From: Prevotella sp.
GTDB taxonomy: Bacteria > Bacteroidota > Bacteroidia > Bacteroidales > Bacteroidaceae
Direction: 5' to 3'
DNA: 64,000 nucleotides
Assembly (NCBI GenBank): GCA_045600885.1
Contig: JAZRYU010000161.1
Coordinates: 12,541 to 76,540 of the forward strand
In this document: positions 57,681 to 64,000 of the stretch, in pieces
How the letters are laid out: each line of letters starts with the position of its first letter
Numbering within the stretch: position 1 is the first letter of the stretch
Made by a program: the position numbers and the translations under genes
Notes under the pieces: model-generated
The model's input: only the letters and a program-made list of their open reading frames with translations
Told to the model about the DNA's origin: nothing
Databases searched by the model: none

Positions 57681-58619
57681 TCAAAGAAGCTTGCACAGAA
57701 TAATTCTGCCTAACTTATGGTTTACCATTCGCGCGAAAAGCCTGTTCTGCAGAGAATATCCCTTCAGAGACAGAGGGAAGAGGTTCTCCTCACGCAGACG
57801 ACCGATACGGTTTTCAAGTTCTGCGCGACTGTGGGTTTCCTTTATCACGCTGTACAGATAGCTTGCCGCAAGCTGAGAGACGCGACGCTGAAGAGCCTGA
57901 CGATTGGTGTGGCTCTGAGAAGAGGCAACATTATGCAGCTGGAAGATGGTCTTCTCCATATCGTCGAGCTTCCTCTCCACAAACTCCTCGCTATACGGCT
58001 GAACTTCAGCGGATTCATTCTTACGAGAGAAGTAAGCCTTAGAGTCAGTATAGAACAGGCGTTCTGCCCGAAGGATGAGCTGCGGAGTGAAAGCTTCGTC
58101 ATCCTTCCGAAGAGACTTCTCGAAGCGCAGATTGAGCAGGATGTCCTTTCTGAAGAGATAAGCCCACGCCTTTGCATTGACATTATTGTTCTTCAGCCAT
58201 AAGCTGCCGTCGATAGGTCCTTCTGTGTTAGACTTTGTCACCTCCATGACATAGCCTTCCTTCTCCGTATATTCGAAGAGCACCATGTCCGGATTTTCAA
58301 AGCGTGCAATGTCGAGGCAATGCTCATAGACGGAAGGAATCAGATAGTCGTTGGCATCAATAAACTGAATGTATCTGCCCGTAGCTATCTGAAGACCGAT
58401 GTTTCGTGCCACGGAAAGACCGGCGTTTCTCTGACGCAGATAGATGATGTCGTCCTTTATGCTGGAGATATTCGAGAGGATATTCTCCGCCGAACCATCA
58501 TCAACGACGATGATCTCCCTTTCCTTCTCAGGCAGAGAGAGCTGCATGACGCTGCTGATAGCTGCAATGAGCATCTCGGGCGACTCATTATAATATGTAA
58601 TAATGAAAGATATGAGCAT
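57681..58619 (-). CDS. Glycosyltransferase family 2
   Basis: VVDDGS and NAGLSVARNIG motifs; FIDANDY is an altered DxD. Confidence 0.85.
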   Translation of the reverse strand: MLISFIITYYNESPEMLIAAISSVMQLSLPEKEREIIVVDDGSAENILSNISSIKDDIIYLRQRNAGLSVARNIGLQIATGRYIQFIDANDYLIPSVYEHCLDIARFENPDMVLFEYTEKEGYVMEVTKSNTEGPIDGSLWLKNNNVNAKAWAYLFRKDILLNLRFEKSLRKDDEAFTPQLILRAERLFYTDSKAYFSRKNESAEVQPYSEEFVERKLDDMEKTIFQLHNVASSQSHTNRQALQRRVSQLAASYLYSVIKETHSRAELENRIGRLREENLFPLSLKGYSLQNRLFARMVNHKLGRIILCKLL

Positions 58620-58645
58620 CTTCTTTTGTATAATTCTTGATATTC

Positions 58646-59794
58646 TTAGAAATTCCTGAACTTAGGATTATCATTTTCCGTTATTGCTATGCACTCCATT
58701 TCGATGAGCCACTGCGGACGGCAGACAGGTGCTAACGTATAGACGATAGGCATTGACGGATAATGCCTGCTGACGATTTCCTTCGCAGTATGATAGTCGG
58801 CAATGTCTCGCAGATAGACAATCACCTGCATGACATCCTCTGGATAAGCACCAGCCTCAGCCAGCAGCGTGTCAACATTCTCGCACATACGCTCTGCCTG
58901 CTTCTGAATGTCGCCTATGTGAACCACCTCGCCCTTATTGTTTATGCTCGCGGTTCCACTAATATAGATGTGCTTGCGATCGCCGAACTCAATGCTCGTG
59001 CCTCGCTCGAAAGTCACACCGTATTCGTATGTCGGATTGAGGTGCGTAGGAGCATAAAGGTATTTTATCTGTTCCTTGTCAAAGCCGTTCAGGGCGTAAC
59101 AGCCCAATTGCACGAGAGCCTTCGTGTCAGCTGGCGAACCGCCTATTCCCGTGCTGGCAATGTAATGAGTGTCGGAAGTAAGTCCCTGCTGGGTGAAGTT
59201 GTCGCGACGCGCTCTGACGAGTCCTGCGTAGTTCGTGTCAACATCGCGAACGAAGAACCATGTGCGCTGACAGTTGTCTGCAATGTTCATTCCCTTCTTA
59301 GCCAACACATCCTCATAAGCCTCAAGCAAATCTGCCGTCTGCCTGTCGGAAGCACCCTCATTGGCACACATACCCATATTCCACAAATGCTGATAGCCGT
59401 TGTGTTCCATCACTGTCGTGCTACCTACTATGGCACTTTCTTCCTTTATATTATGTATATTGTGGCACTTTACGCAATAAACCCACAAGACAACCTTGTT
59501 TCCGTCGAGTGGTGGCTGCTGAATGATGGACACGGCACAGTCGGTTTCCTCCGGCACATACTCAGCTTGATTTGTGGCATCGGTCATGAAATAGCGCATG
59601 AAGACAGGCTTCATCTTCCATTCCTCAGCCACTCTGTCCACACCCTTGCGCAGACGCTTTATCTGTTCTGCAAGCGGTTCTCCGCATGGTTCGGCATGAA
59701 GGTAAGTGTGCATTTCAGCTGTTTCACACTCCATGATGCACGAAGAGGCGTGAACGTTTATATCGGTATAGTAACTGTTGATTTTTTGTTTCAT
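58646..59794 (-). CDS. Two-domain Rid/YjgF (chorismatase FkbO/Hyg5-like) family protein
   Basis: RTWFFVRD, ASTGIG, TFERGT, YISGTASI, VYLRD and VCRPQWLIEME motifs. Confidence 0.75.
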   Translation of the reverse strand: MKQKINSYYTDINVHASSCIMECETAEMHTYLHAEPCGEPLAEQIKRLRKGVDRVAEEWKMKPVFMRYFMTDATNQAEYVPEETDCAVSIIQQPPLDGNKVVLWVYCVKCHNIHNIKEESAIVGSTTVMEHNGYQHLWNMGMCANEGASDRQTADLLEAYEDVLAKKGMNIADNCQRTWFFVRDVDTNYAGLVRARRDNFTQQGLTSDTHYIASTGIGGSPADTKALVQLGCYALNGFDKEQIKYLYAPTHLNPTYEYGVTFERGTSIEFGDRKHIYISGTASINNKGEVVHIGDIQKQAERMCENVDTLLAEAGAYPEDVMQVIVYLRDIADYHTAKEIVSRHYPSMPIVYTLAPVCRPQWLIEMECIAITENDNPKFRNF

Positions 59795-59804
59795 AAATGA
59801 CTTA

Positions 59805-59843
59805 AATAAAGACTCACGGAAGAAAAATCATCCGTGAGTCCTT
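59805..59843 (-). terminator. Intrinsic terminator downstream of HU
   Basis: gactcacgga-loop-tccgtgagtc 10-bp stem followed by a T-rich tract on the minus strand. Confidence 0.7.
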
Positions 59844-59880
59844 ATATTTACTTTGACCATCTCGCGGTCAGAAAGAATTC

Positions 59881-60150
59881 TTAGTTGATCTCTGCCTCAA
59901 CAGAAGAAGCAACCTTGAACTTAACAACCTTCTTAGCAGCAATCTGGATCTTCTCCTTTGTTGCAGGGTTGATACCTTCACGTGCAGGGCGCTCGTTTAC
60001 AGAGAATGTACCGAAACCGATGAGCTGCATCTTACCTTCCTTAACGATAGATTCCTTGATACCATCGAGAGCAGCCTCGAGAGCAGCCTTAGCCTGAGCC
60101 TTTGTAATGCCAGTAGCTGCTACCTTTTCAATAAGTTCTTGCTTTGTCAT
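59881..60150 (-). CDS. hup: DNA-binding protein HU
   Basis: MTKQELI, LIGFGTF, RPAREGINPATKE and VKFK motifs; -7 box TACATTTG at 60224-60231 (minus strand). Confidence 0.93.
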   Translation of the reverse strand: MTKQELIEKVAATGITKAQAKAALEAALDGIKESIVKEGKMQLIGFGTFSVNERPAREGINPATKEKIQIAAKKVVKFKVASSVEAEIN

Positions 60151-60401
60151 AGTTTTATATGTTTTTATTAGTGATTGATAATTCTGCTGAAAAACAGCGT
60201 GCAAAAACGCACTTTTTCGTTTGCAAATGTACACATTTACAACGATTTACGCAAAATAAATCACGAAAAAATCAAGGAAAAGGGTAAAAAAAGTCGTTTA
60301 ATGCCCTATTTTAGGGCTAAAACAGCCTATTTTCAGTAACTTTGCATCGTAATTACAAGTAAAAAGTCTAAAAGTCATAAAATAAAATTGCAAGAGATTC
60401 A

Positions 60402-61223
60402 ATGCGTTCAATACCTACTATAACCAAGGCTCTTCTGGTGGCAAACATAGCTGCCTTCCTCATTGCCAAGCTGTTTTTCGGAGAGGTAATCCTTTATGGA
60501 GGTTCCTTTCTGAAACTCAACTATCTCTTCGGACTTCACTACATCACAAGTCCTGATTTCCATTTCTATCAGATTCTAACCTACATGTTCATGCATGGCG
60601 GTTGGGAGCATCTGTTCTTCAATATGTTCGCACTGTGGATGTTCGGCTGTGCCGTTGAGAAGGCATGGGGTGCTCAGCGTTTCCTGGTCTTCTATATCGT
60701 CTGCGGAATAGGTGCCGGATTGTGTCAGGAGCTGACGCAGTTCTTCCTCTATGGCACCGATCCTGCCATCGGCCTTACCGTGGGTGCCTCGGGTGCTATC
60801 TATGGCATTCTGCTCGGCTTTGGCATGACATGGCCTGAAAATAAGATTTTCATCTTCCCATTCCCTATCCCTATTAAGGCGAAATGGTTTGTCTGCATCT
60901 ATGCTGCCATAGAGCTCTTCCTTGCCCTATCTACAACAAGCGACGGCGTGGCTCACGTGGCTCACCTTGGTGGTATGCTCTTCGGCTATCTACTCATTCG
61001 CCACTGGAAAGGCGGCGGACAGTTTGGAATGAAGCTGCAAATGCCTGATTTCATGAAGAAAAAGGATAAGAATCATGCACACGACGAGCGCGAAAAGGAC
61101 TGGACTTACAACAAAGACCAGATGACTCGCGAAGAGATTATTGACAAGATTCTCGACAAGGTTCGCCGCAATGGCTACGACAGTCTCACTGCCGAAGAGA
61201 AGCGGATTCTGTTTGAGAAATAA
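60402..61223 (+). CDS. Rhomboid family intramembrane serine protease with a C-terminal helical (DUF6576-like) domain
   Basis: HLFFNM, GASG (catalytic Ser) and AHVAHLGG motifs; tail IDKILDKVRRNGYDSLT; -7 box TAACTTTG at 60337-60344. Confidence 0.9.
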   Translation: MRSIPTITKALLVANIAAFLIAKLFFGEVILYGGSFLKLNYLFGLHYITSPDFHFYQILTYMFMHGGWEHLFFNMFALWMFGCAVEKAWGAQRFLVFYIVCGIGAGLCQELTQFFLYGTDPAIGLTVGASGAIYGILLGFGMTWPENKIFIFPFPIPIKAKWFVCIYAAIELFLALSTTSDGVAHVAHLGGMLFGYLLIRHWKGGGQFGMKLQMPDFMKKKDKNHAHDEREKDWTYNKDQMTREEIIDKILDKVRRNGYDSLTAEEKRILFEK

Positions 61224-61230
61224 GGAAAGA

Positions 61231-61262
61231 AAATCACCAAATCGCAAAATCGTCAAATCACC
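61231..61262. repeat. 8-bp tandem repeats (rhomboid-EEP gap)
   Basis: aaatcacc aaatcgca aaatcgtc aaatcacc. Confidence 0.7.
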
Positions 61263-61271
61263 CGATTCTCT

Positions 61272-62348
61272 GTGTTCAAGAAAATAATCCTCTACCCGAT
61301 TCTCTTCGTCAATCTGCTCTTTTGCGCAGGTTTCCTTGTGTCGGGCTTCAGTTATAAGCTTCCTCCGGCAGATTTCCCGATTCTCTCGCTTGCAAGCCTT
61401 GCCTTTCCGGCTTTCGCCATCGGAGTTATCTGCTTCTTGTTCTTCTGGCTATGCTTCCGCTGGAAGTATGCTTTTGTGTCGTTTCTCACCCTCGTTTTGG
61501 GCTATGTTCCGATGCACAAATACTCCCCACTTTCCCCACAGGCAGAAGACACGGAAGGCACGCTGAAGATTATCACCTATAACGTGCATTGCTTCATGTC
61601 GCCAGACAATACAGGCGACACCGCCACAACCGACCTCATCGCCCGCTATCTAATTGATAGTAAGGCAGATATAATATGCCTTCAAGAAGCCGACCTGAGG
61701 GAAGGAAAGTGGTTTGGAGTGAGGGAAAAATTCGAGAAAGACTACAAGTATATGGAGACGCTCTGCGACGATGCTGCTTCGCCAATATGCTGCCTCAGCA
61801 AGACACCTATTGAGCGTGTGGAGCGGATAAACTACGAGTCGGTAGGCAATCGCAGCGCATGCTTCTACATCAAATATCACGGAAAGACTCTCCGCATCAT
61901 CAACAACCATTTTGAGACTATGGGGATGGAAACCGACGACAAGGCTGAGTTCCGTTCCATCGTAAAGGGTGCTCTTGAGGATGAATACAAGCAGGAAGGC
62001 ATCCGCAGAATAATCCGCTGCATATCGAAAGCCACCGTCAAACGACAGTCTCAGGCGGAAGCTGTGGCTAAGTTCATAGGCAACGATGCCAAGAACACCA
62101 TCGCCGTGGGCGATTTCAACGACACTTCGCTCTCCTACGCTCATGCTCAGATTGACCGGAAGCTTAACGACTGTTACGCTGATGCAGGTCGTTTCCCAGG
62201 CTTTTCCTTCGAGCAGAATGGCATGCACGTCAGAATTGACCACGCATTCTGTTCCGACGATTTCGACGTGGCCAAATGCTACGTTGACCGTGAGGCAACA
62301 TCCTCTGATCATTACCCTCTCATAGTATGCCTTTCTGCAAAGAAATAA
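61272..62348 (+). CDS. Membrane-anchored endonuclease/exonuclease/phosphatase (EEP) family protein
   Basis: N-terminal transmembrane helices; TYNV, DIICLQE, GDFND, RIDH and SDHYP motifs. Confidence 0.9.
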   Translation: MFKKIILYPILFVNLLFCAGFLVSGFSYKLPPADFPILSLASLAFPAFAIGVICFLFFWLCFRWKYAFVSFLTLVLGYVPMHKYSPLSPQAEDTEGTLKIITYNVHCFMSPDNTGDTATTDLIARYLIDSKADIICLQEADLREGKWFGVREKFEKDYKYMETLCDDAASPICCLSKTPIERVERINYESVGNRSACFYIKYHGKTLRIINNHFETMGMETDDKAEFRSIVKGALEDEYKQEGIRRIIRCISKATVKRQSQAEAVAKFIGNDAKNTIAVGDFNDTSLSYAHAQIDRKLNDCYADAGRFPGFSFEQNGMHVRIDHAFCSDDFDVAKCYVDREATSSDHYPLIVCLSAKK

Positions 62349-62531
62349 GAATGACCTGAAAGCAGCAAAAATAGCCTTTTTTGTCACTTCTACTTATAAA
62401 AAAGTGCAAATATTATAGAGTTACATTAATCAAGAGCGCAAAATATCCTTGATTTTTTTCGTATTTTAACAATTATTTGTATTTTTGCACGCTTTATGTT
62501 TGAAAAATAATAACTAAAATTTAAATAAAAC

Positions 62532-64000
62532 ATGCAAAACAAAGGACTTGTAACAGTAGTTTCTGTGCTTCTCACACTTGTTTGTATCTTTTATCTCTCA
62601 TTCTCTGCTGCAACAAACTATTATGACGGCGAGGCTGCGAAATTGAAGGATCCAATCGCACAGCAGAACTACAAGGACTCTGTAAAGTATCTCGGAGTCT
62701 ATTCTTACCACGACTGTCTTGAAACACAGATTGGTCTTGGTCTTGACCTCAAGGGCGGTATGAACGTAATCCTTGAGATTTCAGTACCTGATGTTGTCGA
62801 AACTCTCGCTGACCACAAGACAGACGCTGAGTTCGTAACATCAATGAAGGAAGCTAAGAAGAACGAGGAAACAAGCCAGGACGACTTCGTTACACTCTTC
62901 TACGACGCTTGGAAGAAGAACGCAAAGGGCAAGAAGCTCGCCTCTATCTTCGCTACTCAGCAGCTTAAGGGCAAGGTTTCTACTCAGAGCACTGACGATC
63001 AGGTTATCGCTGTTATCCGCGAGTCTGTTCAGGAGGCTATCGACAACTCTTACAACGTCGTTCGTCAGCGTATCGACAAGTTCGGTGTTGTTCAGCCAAA
63101 CATCCAGAAGCTCGAAGGCGAGGACGGCCGCATCATGGTGGAAATGCCTGGTGTTAAGGAGCCTGAGCGTGTTCGTAAGCTCCTCCAGGGTTCCGCAAAC
63201 CTTGAGTTCTGGGAGACTTACACTTCTGACGAAGCTATCCCTTACCTCAACCAGCTCTCTTCTCGTTGGGAGAACGGCGGCGAAGTAGTGGAGGACACTA
63301 CAGCTAATGCTGAGGCAGAGGAAGTTGCTCAGGCAGCTGAAGGTGACTCTGCAAAGGCTGACTCTTCTAAGGCAGACGCTAAGCTTGACCTCGGCAAGAC
63401 TGACAGCAAGAACAAGGATCAGAACGCAGCTTTCGAAGAGGCTAAGAAGAAGAACCCAATGGTTGCTCTCAGCATGAGCCCTGGTGGTCTTTCTGTAGTA
63501 GGTCTCGCGAGCGCACGCGATACAGCTATTATTAACAAGGTAATCTACTCTGACCTTGCAAAGCAGATTCTCCCTTCTGACATGAAGCTCCTCTGGAGTG
63601 CTAAGCCAGCAGACTACGTAACAGGTTCAAGCGTATTCGAGCTCCACGCTCTCCGCATCACTCAGGCTAACGGCCGCGCTCCACTTGAGGGTGACGTTGT
63701 TACAAACGCTGAGGACAAGTTCGACCAGATTACAAACAAGCCTACTGTTTCAATGACAATGAACTCTGACGGTGCACGTCGTTGGGCTGCTCTTACAAAG
63801 GCTAACATCGGCAAGGCTATCGCTATCGTGCTCGATGATGCAGTTTACTCTGCTCCTCGCGTAAACGGCGAAATCCCTGGCGGTCAGTCAGAAATCTCTG
63901 GTAACTTCACAATCCAGGATACAAAGGACCTCTCTAACACACTCAAGTCTGGTCGTATGCCAGCACCTGCACGTATCGTTCAGGAAGAAGTTGTAGGTCC
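62532..64000 (+). CDS. secDF: Protein translocase subunit SecD(F), 5' part (runs off the window end)
   Basis: Not in the ORF track because no stop falls in the window. Translation gives MQNKGLVTVVSVLLTLVCIFYLSFS...GLGLDLKGGMNVILE...RIDKFGVVQPNIQ...IAIVLD...SAP...LKSGRMPAPARIVQEEVVG. A -7 box TATTTTTG lies at 62480-62487. Confidence 0.93.
   Translation, partial: MQNKGLVTVVSVLLTLVCIFYLSFSAATNYYDGEAAKLKDPIAQQNYKDSVKYLGVYSYHDCLETQIGLGLDLKGGMNVILEISVPDVVETLADHKTDAEFVTSMKEAKKNEETSQDDFVTLFYDAWKKNAKGKKLASIFATQQLKGKVSTQSTDDQVIAVIRESVQEAIDNSYNVVRQRIDKFGVVQPNIQKLEGEDGRIMVEMPGVKEPERVRKLLQGSANLEFWETYTSDEAIPYLNQLSSRWENGGEVVEDTTANAEAEEVAQAAEGDSAKADSSKADAKLDLGKTDSKNKDQNAAFEEAKKKNPMVALSMSPGGLSVVGLASARDTAIINKVIYSDLAKQILPSDMKLLWSAKPADYVTGSSVFELHALRITQANGRAPLEGDVVTNAEDKFDQITNKPTVSMTMNSDGARRWAALTKANIGKAIAIVLDDAVYSAPRVNGEIPGGQSEISGNFTIQDTKDLSNTLKSGRMPAPARIVQEEVVG

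Noticed and set aside
58763-59800. 345-aa plus-strand ORF
   Set aside because: It lies antisense to the Rid/Hyg5-like gene and has no protein-like motifs.

Overview
This is a chromosomal window from a Bacteroidales bacterium, probably Prevotella-like, judged from TAnnTTTG -7 promoter boxes, T9SS genes and gene order. It is mostly housekeeping: the T9SS core operon porP-porK-porL-porM-porN plus a beta-barrel OMP, kduI-kduD, argB, the dcw cluster (mraZ to ftsZ), topA-aroK, comEC, apt, a solitary sufB, aqpZ, HU, a rhomboid, an EEP protein and the 5' part of secDF. Pectin-type CAZymes (GH2, GH106, GH95, an esterase) are scattered among these genes with no SusC/SusD. A small accessory islet carries a BspA-type LRR protein and a RelE-type toxin-antitoxin pair. 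I recognised no rRNA, tRNA, CRISPR array or intact IS transposase. The most unusual signal is non-coding: intergenic spaces hold at least five distinct repeat families. These are (1) 7-mer-armed hairpin elements with a shared GCTG(C/T)GC..CAG-like core, (2) two symmetric 160-210 bp elements with the same architecture but different iterated motifs, (3) phased CCTWAGG arrays beside them, (4) GTAG-type REP doublets and (5) C/G-rich REP-like hairpins. Other points of note: an exact 20-bp promoter-containing direct repeat flanking the TA pair, a PorM that appears to lack domain D2, an exported beta-propeller/DUF362-like fusion, and a methyltransferase whose conserved-looking N-terminus has no canonical start codon. 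All family calls come from motif recognition by eye, not database searches.
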